A stretch of DNA of 64,000 nt from a virus, in IMG/VR virus record IMGVR_UViG_3300036852_000741, positions 41,352 to 105,351 of that record; one strand, 5' to 3'. The position numbers were made by a program, and so were the translations under genes. This document shows, piece after piece, positions 19,023 through 29,547 of the stretch. The notes beneath the pieces are model-generated. The model did no database searches. It was not told where the DNA came from and worked only from the letters and a program-made list of their open reading frames with translations. Positions within the stretch are counted from its first letter, which is position 1; each line of letters opens with the position of its first letter.

Positions 19023-21953
19023 GTGACCCAGCCTGGCGCAGAGGAGCTTGTCGTGGGACGGGTCGATCCGTTCGTCGCTTTGCGGGGGCGGATCGAGGAG
19101 GCCAGCAACGGGGGCAAGGATGCTGGCGAGCGGGCGCTGGCGCTCAAGCGGGTGCGCTACGGCCTGCTGGCGGCACTGAGGGACGTGGAGGGCCGCATCG
19201 AGGAGGCCGAGGGCGACCGCGAGCGCGAGGTGCGTCGCGAGGTGCTGCGCCGGGTGCGTGAGAACGCCGACCTGCGCGAGCAACTGGAGCGCCGGGGGCT
19301 GGTGGCGCCGGAGCGCTTGGACGCGATGGGGCTGGTCTCCCATGACGCGCTCGATGAGGCCGGGGTCGAGGGGCGCCTGGAGGAGTTCGCGGCCGGCGCC
19401 CTGGCGAAGCTCGACAACATCGGGCAGGGCTCTGGCGTGTTGGGCAAGTGGCTGGAGAAACTGCACCCGCGCGATCGCGGGGGCCAGTTTGCGAAGAAGC
19501 CCGGCTCGGGGGTGATGACGGCTCACGTGGGCCCGGACGCCGGTGGCAGGGGGACGGTGAAGCGTACGGTCAAGGCACCGGCCGCCAAGCGGCCCGAGCG
19601 GGTGTTCAAGACGCAGAAGGTCATGCCCGAGGAGCTTGTGGCTCAGCAGAAGACGCCCGAGCAGAAGGACGTGCCGGAGGCCGAGCGTGTCGGGTTCGAG
19701 GGCCTGGCCCCGGGTGCTCGCCCGGCCGGGATGAGCGAGCGGCAGTGGCGCCAGGAGCGTGCTCGTACCCCGGAGGGGGCTCGTCGGACCAAGGGGCCGG
19801 TGCAGGCGCCCGAGGAGATTGAGAAGGCCAAGGCCAAGGACCGCGAGAAGCGCCAGCGGGGAATGGCCAAGCGTGTCGAGCGCGAGGTGGCCAAGGGCGT
19901 CAAGGGCGGGGCCGCCCAGCACTTCAATCCGGCCGGCAAGGTCAGCCAGAAGGCGCTGTTGGACTACGTGCGCAACACGCTGACCACGCCGTCAACGGCC
20001 GATGCGCACTCCGAGGTGCGCGGCGAGCAGCGCTTCTATCACCCCGACCGCAAGCAGCTTCACGACACGATTATCGACACGTTGCTGCGGCGCCCCAACG
20101 AGGACGGCACCATCTCGGCGTCCAACGAGTACCTGCCCTCCCAGGAGACGCCGGAGGTCCTGTTCATGGGCGGCGGCTATGCGGCGGGCAAGTCGAGCGC
20201 GGAGAAGTTGCTGCGGGCCCGCAACGAGGTGCCGGCGGACTCGCTGAAGATCGACCCCGACCAGATCAAGTCGATGCTGCCCGAGTTCGTGGCGACGGCC
20301 GGCCACGACCCGGAGGCCAACCTGCGCGTCTACGAGGAGGCGTGGGACATCGCCCAGGAGCTTCAGCGTCAGGCCAAGGAGCGCAAGCTCAACGTGGTGG
20401 TGGACGGCATCACCAACACCTCGGCCGACGAGGTGTTCGGTCGGGTGCAGAGCTTCAAGGACGCCGGCTACGGCAACGCGCGGATCGCCTACGTGGATGT
20501 GCCCACCGACGTGGCGCTCACCCGGGCCGCCGACCGGATGGCCAAGGCGATCGAGCGTGGCGACGGGCCGAACATGCGCCACATCCCCGAGCCGATCATG
20601 CGCGCTGTGCACCGCGACGTGGCGGCGACGATTCCGGCAGTGATGGGCGACCCCCGCCGCGAGGGCCTGGGGGTGCATGTGGACGTGTACGACGGCCAGT
20701 CGGGGGCGCTGCCGATCGCCTCGATCGCCCCCGACGCCGCCGAGCCGACGATCCACAACGACCCGGCGTGGGCGCGGCTGCGCGAGAAGGCCGACGAGAA
20801 GATCGCCGGGGTGGACGCGGCCAAGAGCGCCACCGACCCGTGGGCTGCCGGGCGCCTGGCGGAGAACCACGAGGACTTCTTCAACGTGACGCCGCAGACG
20901 ACGCGGGTGTCGCTGGACAAGCTGCGCCCGTCCAAGCAGCCCGAGAGCCAGCCCAAGTCGGTGGACAACGCCGAGCGGTTCATGCGTCAGGCGGCGGCCG
21001 GCGAGAAGGGCAAGCGCGACCCGATCAGGGTGCGCGACGATGGCGATGGGACCTACACCGTGCTCGACGGCAACGCCACCTACGGGGCGGCGGTGCGCAA
21101 CGACTGGAAGGACCTCCCCGTCGAGGTGGTCAACGCCAAGCCCGGCGGCGAGACCACGGGCGGAGCGGCGGTGCGGCCCGGCGATGACGAGGCCCGAGCC
21201 GTGCACCAGCGGATCGTGGAGTCTGTCGGCGATGTGCCCGCGGAGGCGCCTCCTCAGCCGGCCAGCACCGAGGAGGAGTTGTATGCGCTGGCGCCTGCCG
21301 CCCAGGAGGGCTTCGTTGACATCCTGGACCGCGGTGTGGGCGTCTCAGCGTCGTTGGGGGCGCGTACTCACCAGATCACGAACGAGGACGACTTCAAGGA
21401 GGCGGTGGCCGCGGTCGAGGCCGACCCCGACAGCCCGCACATCCTCCTGGCGCCGTTGAAGGGCACCGAGCGTGCGCGCGAGAAGGTCGAGGGCAAGTAC
21501 AAGGGCGACTGGGGCAAGCTCTCCGATGTTGTGCGCGGGACGGTCGTGGTGCCGGACATCGAGACGCTTGAACAGGCGATGGACGCGGTACGCCGGGAGG
21601 CGGAGGCCAACGGCTGGAAGGTCAGCGCCCTGGAGAACCGGATGGTCAACATCCAGGGCGAGGGCAAGCGTGCGCCGGGGCCGACCTCCTCGGGCTACAC
21701 GGACTTCAACATCCGCCTGGAGGCGCCCAACGGCATCCAGGCTGAGCTTCAGTTCAACACCTCGCACATGGTGATCGCCAAGGAGGGCACGCCAGGCGGC
21801 CACAAGCTGTTTGAGGAGGAGCGCACGATTGTGGATCGGGCGAACGCGAGGGGACTCCCGCTCACCGCCGCGGAGCGCGCCAGGGTGTTCGAGCTTCGCA
21901 AGCAGCAGACGGCGATCTACACCCAGGCATGGGAGGCCGGCATCCCATCGTAG
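19023..21953 (+). CDS. Zeta-toxin-like P-loop kinase / ParB-like / RelA-SpoT (small alarmone synthetase-like) fusion
   Basis: LFMGGGYAAGKS, IDPDQIK, VVVDG; PIRV...YTVLDGN; PLKGTERAREKV, LSDVVRG, SGYTDFN, AELQF, HKLFEEER; N-terminal WLEKLHPRDRGGQF. Confidence 0.8.
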   Translation: MTQPGAEELVVGRVDPFVALRGRIEEASNGGKDAGERALALKRVRYGLLAALRDVEGRIEEAEGDREREVRREVLRRVRENADLREQLERRGLVAPERLDAMGLVSHDALDEAGVEGRLEEFAAGALAKLDNIGQGSGVLGKWLEKLHPRDRGGQFAKKPGSGVMTAHVGPDAGGRGTVKRTVKAPAAKRPERVFKTQKVMPEELVAQQKTPEQKDVPEAERVGFEGLAPGARPAGMSERQWRQERARTPEGARRTKGPVQAPEEIEKAKAKDREKRQRGMAKRVEREVAKGVKGGAAQHFNPAGKVSQKALLDYVRNTLTTPSTADAHSEVRGEQRFYHPDRKQLHDTIIDTLLRRPNEDGTISASNEYLPSQETPEVLFMGGGYAAGKSSAEKLLRARNEVPADSLKIDPDQIKSMLPEFVATAGHDPEANLRVYEEAWDIAQELQRQAKERKLNVVVDGITNTSADEVFGRVQSFKDAGYGNARIAYVDVPTDVALTRAADRMAKAIERGDGPNMRHIPEPIMRAVHRDVAATIPAVMGDPRREGLGVHVDVYDGQSGALPIASIAPDAAEPTIHNDPAWARLREKADEKIAGVDAAKSATDPWAAGRLAENHEDFFNVTPQTTRVSLDKLRPSKQPESQPKSVDNAERFMRQAAAGEKGKRDPIRVRDDGDGTYTVLDGNATYGAAVRNDWKDLPVEVVNAKPGGETTGGAAVRPGDDEARAVHQRIVESVGDVPAEAPPQPASTEEELYALAPAAQEGFVDILDRGVGVSASLGARTHQITNEDDFKEAVAAVEADPDSPHILLAPLKGTERAREKVEGKYKGDWGKLSDVVRGTVVVPDIETLEQAMDAVRREAEANGWKVSALENRMVNIQGEGKRAPGPTSSGYTDFNIRLEAPNGIQAELQFNTSHMVIAKEGTPGGHKLFEEERTIVDRANARGLPLTAAERARVFELRKQQTAIYTQAWEAGIPS

Positions 21954-21973
21954 CTCACGATGTGTGCTATCAT
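21951..21973 (+). promoter_or_regulatory. Operator/extended -10 element
   Basis: TAGCTCACGATGTGTGCTATCAT overlapping the stop codon. Confidence 0.75.
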
Positions 21974-21994
21974 TCAGGCTGGAGGTGATGCCAC

Positions 21995-22306
21995 GTGGCA
22001 TCCAATGAGACCACGCCAGAGGTCCCCACCGGGGCCACGATGTACTACAGGGACAACGAGGGCAGCCTATTCCGGGAACGAGACGGGTGGGGCGGCGAGA
22101 TACTCAACGGCGACGAGTGGCAGTTCTACGCGATCGACATGACCAGGGTCGTGACGATTGACGAGGCCGAGGCCGAGGAGATGGCCGCCGGCACACCGCT
22201 GGACGCCGAGAACCAGGGGATCAGCGTAGCGGCCGGCATCAGTGCTGACCAGTACGCCGAGGAGACGCCTGGCGAGAAGCCGGAGGAGGAGCAGAGTGCC
22301 GTCTGA
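21995..22306 (+). CDS. Small acidic protein, candidate antitoxin/immunity protein
   Basis: GGAGGT RBS; very acidic; directly downstream of the toxin-like gene. Confidence 0.6.
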   Translation: MASNETTPEVPTGATMYYRDNEGSLFRERDGWGGEILNGDEWQFYAIDMTRVVTIDEAEAEEMAAGTPLDAENQGISVAAGISADQYAEETPGEKPEEEQSAV

Positions 22307-23133
22307 GCGCAAGGACGAGGGCAAGGAGACGAAGGGCAGGGAGCCCGCGATCGCGCCCGGGATGTCGCACGAGGACATCGCGACGGCCGGCGGGATGATC
22401 GACCTGCCCTACGAGGCGCCTCCGGGCGACGCGCAGCCGCTCCAGTACGCCGACGACCTGCCCGACGAGAAGGGCTGGACACCCCCCGAGGGGTTCAAGA
22501 TCGCGGGGGTGGACTTCGCAGACGCAGTGGCCGGGATCGGGGGTGGCGCGCAGATACCACCGCCGGCCCCGGTCGAGGAGGAGGAGAACGGCTCGACCGA
22601 GTAGGAGCGGGGCATGGCGGCAGAGAGCCGGGCGACGCCCGCCGAGCAGATGCGGGTGCGTCTGGAGATAGCCAAGCGGGCAGGCATCCCCTTCCCTGTG
22701 GCCTGGGAGCGAGGGTGGCGGCGGGTTAGGTGGCCGCACGACACCGCCCATCGCCGTGATTGGAAACGGGCGCTTGGGGCAACCCGAGTCTCATGGGAGC
22801 GCGCCTATGACGGCGACCTCTGCCCCGTGGAAGGACAGATGACTGCTATGGAACTGGTTGCCTGAGCCAAGCGTGTTGGACGGAGCGTTCGAGGTGTTCG
22901 TGAGCTTGCTGTGGACCAGCGGCCTGATCGTCGGGGCGCTGATCTTCGCCGTGGGCTGGCGACTGGGCTCGCGCGCCCGCGAGCGCGACGAGATGATGCG
23001 CCTGTACTACGAGCGCCCGCACCTGCTGCGAGCGCGCACCGTGCTGGGGCCGTTGGCGCCGCGTCACCCGGCCGACGAGGACGAGTTCGCGCCCGAGGAT
23101 GGGCCCACGCGCGAGATGAGCGCCGTCGGGTAG
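22296..23133 (+). other. Three small ORFs (22296-22604 acidic, 22614-22865, 22858-23133 TM)
   Basis: Coupled ORFs with plausible RBSs. Confidence 0.5.
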
Positions 23134-23153
23134 CTCACGTCGTGTGCTAGACT
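23131..23153 (+). promoter_or_regulatory. Operator/extended -10 element
   Basis: TAGCTCACGTCGTGTGCTAGACT, then CCGACCAAGGGAGG. Confidence 0.75.
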
Positions 23154-23192
23154 CCCTGGACTGACCGACCAAGGGAGGAGGCGAAGACGCTG

Positions 23193-24146
23193 ATGGGGCG
23201 CCCGCGCGGCACCTATCTCAAGTGGGAGCCGCAGCCGGAGACGAAGGTGCTGCTCGGCCACGTCCGCCAGGTGCTGATCGAGTACCAGAGCTATCTGCCG
23301 CTGACGCTGCGGCAGGTGTTCTACCGCTTGGTTGGCGCGTTCGGCTACGACAAGAAGGGCACGTACGAGCGCCTCAAGGAGCACGTCCCCAAGGCTCGCC
23401 GGGCGCTCATGATCCCGATGTGGGCGCTGCGCGACGATGGCATCAGCGTGCGAGAGAACGCCGGCTACGACGGGCCCGCGCACTTCTGGGATTCGGTGAG
23501 GGCGAGCATCGACGGCTACCGCCGCAACCGCCAGGAAGGCCAGCCGCAGTTCATCGAGTTGGCGTGCGAGGCCGCCGGCATGGTGCCCCAGCTTGCGCGT
23601 GTGGCAGAGCCCTTCGGTGTCCCGGTGTACTCGGGCGGCGGGTTCAACTCGATGAGTGCCGTCATGGAGACCTACGACCGGGTGCTCACGCGCGACGTGC
23701 CGACCGTGTTCTTGCACGTGGGCGACTACGACGCCTCGGGCGAGCACATCTTCCGCTCGTTTACCAACGACGTGGAGAAGTTCGTGCGCGACATCGGCAT
23801 CCTGCGCGAGGGTGGTCATACGACCGCCGTGGGGCAACTCACCAACGTCGAAGACGTACAGCCCGGCGCGGAGTTCAGGCCCTATCGGATCGCGCTCACC
23901 CGCGAGCAGATCAGGGAGCACCAGGTCGAGATGGCCGATGCCAACCCCGAGGATGACCGGGCCTGGGATGGCGACCTGGAGGGGCGCACGGCTCAGTTGG
24001 AGGCGCTGCCGCCGGACGTGCTCGCGGACATCGTGCGCGAGGCGATCGAGGCGCGCTTCGACGCCGACGCCTTCCAGGCGATCCAGGACCGCGAGAGCGC
24101 GGACCGCGACAGGCTCTGGGGGGACCTGGATGACGCCGGTCTCTGA
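23193..24146 (+). CDS. Topoisomerase VI-A/Spo11-like Toprim protein
   Basis: LTLRQVFYRLV N-terminal helix; ELACEA; YSGGGF.S; HVGDYDASG; RIALT.EQI; QLEAL.P. Confidence 0.75.
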   Translation: MGRPRGTYLKWEPQPETKVLLGHVRQVLIEYQSYLPLTLRQVFYRLVGAFGYDKKGTYERLKEHVPKARRALMIPMWALRDDGISVRENAGYDGPAHFWDSVRASIDGYRRNRQEGQPQFIELACEAAGMVPQLARVAEPFGVPVYSGGGFNSMSAVMETYDRVLTRDVPTVFLHVGDYDASGEHIFRSFTNDVEKFVRDIGILREGGHTTAVGQLTNVEDVQPGAEFRPYRIALTREQIREHQVEMADANPEDDRAWDGDLEGRTAQLEALPPDVLADIVREAIEARFDADAFQAIQDRESADRDRLWGDLDDAGL

Positions 24147-24363
24147 GCGGGAATACATGCGCGAGCCGTCGGAGGCGCCGACCGAGGAGATGCGGGTGGC
24201 GCCGCAGGTTGCCCACCGGCCGGCGTGGCTGACCCAGCCGTGGTGGGTGTGGAGCCTGGCGTTCGCCACCCTGCTGCACCCCGGCATCCTCGGCGTGGTG
24301 CTCGCCCTGTGGCTGGTGGTGGCGTGCCTGTTGGGGCTCGTGCGCTGGCTGGATCACCACACC

Positions 24364-24386
24364 TAGCGCACATCGTGTGCTACCCT
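24364..24386 (+). promoter_or_regulatory. Operator/extended -10 element
   Basis: TAGCGCACATCGTGTGCTACCCT, then CCGACCAAGGA. Confidence 0.7.
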
Positions 24387-24406
24387 GAGCGGAACCCGAC
24401 CAAGGA

Positions 24407-26751
24407 ATGACGATGGCTGAGCCCACCCCTGAGCAGTTGGAGCGCTACAACCGGATGATGGTCCTCGAAGGCAACGACATTGCCTTGGAGGTCACCAACA
24501 CCTACGGCGCCAACCTCAACGCGGGTGGGCGGACGGTCAGCCGCGAGGCGCTGGACTACCTGCTGCGTGAGATTGAGACGTGGGTGGGCACTCGCCTGCT
24601 CAAGCGGATGCAGGCCGACCTGCCGGCGAGCAAGGTGACGGTGCACCTCAGCGTGGAGTTCCCCCGTGAGTGATCCCGTGACCTTGCGTGCGCGGGGACG
24701 CGGGGTGCGGGGGAATCCCGACTCCGAGCCGGGAGACCACTGCGACTTCTGTGCGCGCAAGGACAGCATTGTCGCGCACTGGGGGGTCCGGCCGTTCGAG
24801 CACGAGTTCCGGCTGCCCGACGGCCCGTCGCAGAAGATCGACTACTCAAGCGCCTGGGGGGCGTGCGCTACTTGTGACGCGGCGATCCGTTCCGAGGATC
24901 GGGAGGCTTTGCGCCGGCATACGCACAGCGCCAGGGAGATGATGACTCGCGAGCTAACCCCCGAGGGGCGCCTTGTCATGCTTGATGCGCTGGACCTGCT
25001 GCACGACGACTTTCTCGCGCACAAGACGGTGCGGCGTGCGCTCCCGCCATCCGACGACCAAGTGGAGGGGCCCGTGGCCGAGGAGCCGAATGCCCTGGAA
25101 ATGCCCGAGCCGGTGTCGTTCGAGGTGATGCCCGACGTGCCCGGGATGCCGGGCCGCCAGACTGGGATCGCGATTCTGTCGGGCATCAACGCCGAGGGCA
25201 AGCCGTTCTGTCACATCTACATCGACGGCAGGCCGCATGGCCAGTTGACGCCGAACGAGGTGCGCCGGATGGCGATGAACTGGCTGGAGGCCGCCGAGGC
25301 CGCCGAGCACGACTCTGCGGTGTACCTCCTGTTGACGGACGAGGGTGACGGCAAGCCCGCGATGGAGCGCGAGACTGCCGTCGCGTTCATCGGAATGCTG
25401 CGCGACTACCGCGGAACGCAGAGCAGCACCGCCAGGCCAGAGGACCTTCCCCGGTGATTGACTCGGCGGGATATGGCCGATCCGAGCGACTAGAGGAGGC
25501 GCTACTACGTGCTGCCAAAGGGGGGCTCGCTGATCCCGACCTGCGGATGGGCCTGACGGCCCGCGAGGTCACCGCGCGGACCTTCCCCGAGGCGCCGGAC
25601 GACCTCGACGGGCCGCCGGAGGTGCGCGTCGGGGTTATGGAGCGCCTGGAGGTGGAGGTCGCCACCGCGCTGGACTGGATGGTGGACCAGGGCAAGATTG
25701 TCCGCTACGTGCCGGAGGGCGACACCGAGCCGCGCTACTACGCGCCCGAGGCATTCGAGGTGCCCTCGATCGTGTCGGCCATGATGGCCCGCGACGAGGA
25801 GGGCCACGAGTGGCTGACGTTCCGGCTCACGGGAGGCTCGCTGGGCGACTCGCCCTACCTGCTGCCCGACGTGAACGAGCGGCTGCGCGACACCGGTGAC
25901 ACCGAGTCCGAGGTGCGGGTCCTGGAGCGCACCGAGGAGTACGCGGTGGTCGCGGTGCGGGGGCCACTGGCCGAGAAGGTCGCGACTACCTGGGACGGCG
26001 AGACGGCGACGATGCGCTGGCGGTGGCGCTCGGATGGCCTGGAGTTCATCTCCTTCGAGCCGCTGGACGAGGAGGAGTGGGGGCGCAAGGCCGCGGGGGC
26101 GGGCTCGACGCTGGCCAAGCTGGTGGACGATCCCCACGGGCGCTCGATCTACCGGCTCACTGGTCCGCTGGCGGAAGCTATGCACCGGCAGATACTGAGG
26201 TCCGAGGCGACCGTCGAGACGCGCTACGAGGTTTTCGTCTCTCGCCATCCGCCGGCTGACGTATCGTGAGCGACATGACAGAAGTGCTCTACGAGAAGTC
26301 CTACAAGGGACTCGTTCACTTCCGGGTGGTGGATGCGCCCCGTTGTGACGATCCGCACTGCGAGGCGTGCACCGACGGGGGGTTCGCTGTACGGCTGATC
26401 TTTGCCGCCAGGGAGGGCACCGACTCCTGGCTGGCCGTGGGTGGCGACTCCACCGGGAGCGTGTGGGACGACGAGATGTTCGACGCCCTCTGCGAGGAGC
26501 ACGAGGGCTGGTTCATGGCCCGCATGGCGATGCTCATTGGGGCACCCTGGCGGCTGCTCGACCGCGGCTCGCACCTGAGCGACGTGGCGTCGCGGCAGAT
26601 GGCCTGCCAGGCGGACCTGCCACCCGCCGTCCTGGCGCTCATCCGCTGTCTGGACGATGACTGGGTGCCGGTGCTACGCGAGCGGATGCAGACGCTGGCC
26701 GAGCAGGAGCGGCGCGCTCACGAGCGGTACGCCGCGGCCCGCTTCAACTGA
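24407..26751 (+). other. Four coupled hypothetical ORFs (24407-24673, 24666-25457, 25454-26269, 26266-26751)
   Basis: Overlapping starts and stops; CDFC...CATC in 24666; wHTH-like N-terminus in 25454. Confidence 0.6.
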
Positions 26752-26796
26752 GCGCTGCCATGTAGCCGGCGTTGGTGCCGGCCGTACCATGGGGCC

Positions 26797-29547
26797 GTGA
26801 GCACGGCGGTCGGGACGGAGGTCCTGGAGGAGGCTCCGGCCTCGGCCGGGGCGGCACTGGCGGCGCGTGGCGGCCGACCCGCGGTCCGCTCCCGTACCGG
26901 GAAGTCGAATCCGACCGCCGGCATGAGCCCCCAGCAGGCGGCCGAGTTCGAGCGCCTGCATCCCCGGGCTGCCAAGGGGCGCACGGGCGGCGGCCAGTTC
27001 GCCGTGAAGCAGGGCGCCGGCATGGAGGGGGCGCCCGACGACCAGGTTCGCGAGGTGCAGCGGCGCATCAACACGGCCGGCACCGGGCGCGTGGTGGTGG
27101 ACGGCCGGTTCGGGCCGGTCACCGCCGAGGCGGTACGTCACTTTCAGCGCCAGGCGGGCCTGAACGCCAACGGCATCGTGGACCGCAACACCTATGAGGC
27201 GCTGACCAACCCGCCGCCCTTGTCGCGCCAGGAGGTCGTGGCTCAGGAGCGCGCGGACGCGGCCGGCGGCAGCCGACGCCTGGGCCGGGCCGATGCGCAG
27301 TCGCGGCGCGAGCGCGGCGGGAGCGGGGGTGGGAGTGGAGGCGGGACCACAGGACGGTCGCGCAGCGGCTCGGAGACGCGGTTGGACCCCACCGATGTCC
27401 ACGCGATCGAGGACTTCCAGCGCGAGCACGGCCTGAAGGTGGACGGGGTGATCGGCCCCGACACCCAGCGTGCGCTACGCCGCGAACGTGAGCGCGGGGA
27501 CGGCGAACGCCGCGGCGAGGGTCGCTCGACGCGAGGTACTGGGACGCTGCGGCGCGGCGACGGCGGCAAGCGGGCCGGCAAGCAGGTCAAGGCGATCCAG
27601 CAGATGCTCCAGGACCTCGGCTACGACCTGGGCGACGAGGGCACCGACGGCGAGTTCGGTTCGGCCACCGAAGCGGCGCTCAAGAAGATGCAGGACGACT
27701 ACGGCCTGGACCCCGACGGGGTGGTGGGGCCGCGCACCCGCAAGCTGCTCAACCGGTTGCGCTCGCGGCTGAAGGCGGAGACCCGGCAGATGGCGTCGGG
27801 CAAGGCGCCCCGTGACGACTACAAGCTCGTGGAGGGACAGATGATCGAGGAAGCCACCCTGACCGCCGCTGCGCGCAAGGCGCTGCCCAAGTCGGCCTTC
27901 GTGTTCCCGGAGCGCGCGCCCGAGTCGGGCTCGTACCCGATTCACGACGAGGGGCACGCCAAGGCGGCGCTGGCCCGCGTCAAGCAGCACGGCTCCCCCG
28001 ACGAGCAGGCCAAGGTCAGGGCGGCGGTCAAGCGCCGCTACCCGAACCTGCTCCAGGAGGGAGAGGCGCTCCACGAGGACGCCTGGGGCGGCAAGCCCGG
28101 CACGAACTGGAAGCAGGTCGGACCCGAGGCCAAGAAGAAGCTCAGCCCCCTCATCAAGCACTACATGGGCAAGCCGCACCCGTTCACCGCCTGCGTGCGC
28201 GATAACTCCAAGCGCTTTGGTGAGGAGCGCGCCAAGAAGGTGTGCGCCGTTCTCAAGGACCTTGGAGCCCGGACCACCAAGTGGCGCAAGGGGCCCAAGG
28301 GCAAGGCCGAGGAGGCGTTCCTGGAGGAGGTCCTGATCGACCTCGTGGAGGCCGGGCTGGAGACCGAGGCCGACGTGGACCTGATCGCCGGCTTCCTCCA
28401 GGGGCAGTTGATTCAGCCGGTGCTCTACGACGCCCACCTGCGTCTGGAGGAGGCGGTCGAGGTGCGCAAGGCGGCCAAGGGTGGCGACGAGTTCGCGCGC
28501 GCTCGGGCTCGCGAGCGGGTGCTGCGCGAGGCGGTGGGCGCGCTGCACGGGCTGAGTTGGGAGGCGCGGCTACATCCGCGCGATCGCGAGGGCCGCTTCC
28601 GCGATGTGATCGGGTCGCTCGCCCCGGGTTCCTCCATCGACCTGCCGGGCAACGTGACGGTGGGGCGGCTGGCGGACACGAAGCCGGCTGCGGACACGTT
28701 CTCGTCGCGGATGGCTGGCTTGCCGCGCATGGACCCGATGGCGGCGCGGGCTCCGGCGGGCAGCCACGGGGGCTATTGGGTGTCGCATCCGCCGACGAAG
28801 AACCCGACGCGGGCGCACTGGAACCACGAGCAGAGCTTCCACGACACGCCGCAGTCGGCGGCGAAGGCCACGATGAAGGCGCTGTCGGACGAGGGCATCA
28901 CGTTCGACGCTGACGTGCACCCCGGCCAGGGGACGCTGGACGTGGACAGGCCGGCCCGCGACGCCAAGCATGAGGACCTCAAGCGGCGACTCAAGGACGC
29001 CGAGTCGCGCGGCGACACGGCATCAATCCAGGCGCTGCGGCGGGCACTTGCGAAGCAGGGGTCGATCGCTGGTGTTCGCGCGGAGCGCAAGCCGACGCCC
29101 GCGAGCGCGCACCTGGAGCAGAAGGTCAACTACGGCGGCGTGCCGACCGCGCGCGGCGACGTGCTCAAGGACCTGGAGCGTAAGGGCGTGTCGCCCGCGG
29201 CGCGCGATCGCTACATGCAGGGGCTGGAGACGGGCGCCAAGGCGCGTGCGGAGGCGCCGGCCGCGGCGAAGCCCGAGGTCGATACCGCTGCGATCAAGGC
29301 GGCACCGCTGAGCGACCTGGCGGCGATGATCCAGCGCGACTGGTCGAGCCAGGGCAAGGGCGTGAACTTCGCGGCCAAGCCCTACCTGGAGGCGATGCGC
29401 TCGCTGACCACCGTGCGCGATCGGTACGGCATGGACCCCGGGGAGTCGATCGTGGCCTACTTCCTCAGCAACGCGACCTCGTGGAAGGGCCCGACCGCCA
29501 AGGCGGTCAAGACGGAGCTTCGGCGCCGGCTGAAGGGCGGACGCTGA
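26797..29547 (+). CDS. Modular protein with three peptidoglycan-binding domains and two HPR motifs
   Basis: DGRFGPVT..AVRHFQ..GL..NGIV; FQREHGLKVDGVIGPDT; DGEFGSAT..Q..YGLDPDGVVGPRT; FERLHPR..GGQF; WEARLHPRDREGRF. Confidence 0.75.
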   Translation: MSTAVGTEVLEEAPASAGAALAARGGRPAVRSRTGKSNPTAGMSPQQAAEFERLHPRAAKGRTGGGQFAVKQGAGMEGAPDDQVREVQRRINTAGTGRVVVDGRFGPVTAEAVRHFQRQAGLNANGIVDRNTYEALTNPPPLSRQEVVAQERADAAGGSRRLGRADAQSRRERGGSGGGSGGGTTGRSRSGSETRLDPTDVHAIEDFQREHGLKVDGVIGPDTQRALRRERERGDGERRGEGRSTRGTGTLRRGDGGKRAGKQVKAIQQMLQDLGYDLGDEGTDGEFGSATEAALKKMQDDYGLDPDGVVGPRTRKLLNRLRSRLKAETRQMASGKAPRDDYKLVEGQMIEEATLTAAARKALPKSAFVFPERAPESGSYPIHDEGHAKAALARVKQHGSPDEQAKVRAAVKRRYPNLLQEGEALHEDAWGGKPGTNWKQVGPEAKKKLSPLIKHYMGKPHPFTACVRDNSKRFGEERAKKVCAVLKDLGARTTKWRKGPKGKAEEAFLEEVLIDLVEAGLETEADVDLIAGFLQGQLIQPVLYDAHLRLEEAVEVRKAAKGGDEFARARARERVLREAVGALHGLSWEARLHPRDREGRFRDVIGSLAPGSSIDLPGNVTVGRLADTKPAADTFSSRMAGLPRMDPMAARAPAGSHGGYWVSHPPTKNPTRAHWNHEQSFHDTPQSAAKATMKALSDEGITFDADVHPGQGTLDVDRPARDAKHEDLKRRLKDAESRGDTASIQALRRALAKQGSIAGVRAERKPTPASAHLEQKVNYGGVPTARGDVLKDLERKGVSPAARDRYMQGLETGAKARAEAPAAAKPEVDTAAIKAAPLSDLAAMIQRDWSSQGKGVNFAAKPYLEAMRSLTTVRDRYGMDPGESIVAYFLSNATSWKGPTAKAVKTELRRRLKGGR

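Noticed and set aside
26797-29547. Endolysin call
   Set aside because: PG-binding domains are present but no amidase, muramidase or peptidase catalytic motif was recognised, and there is no adjacent holin.
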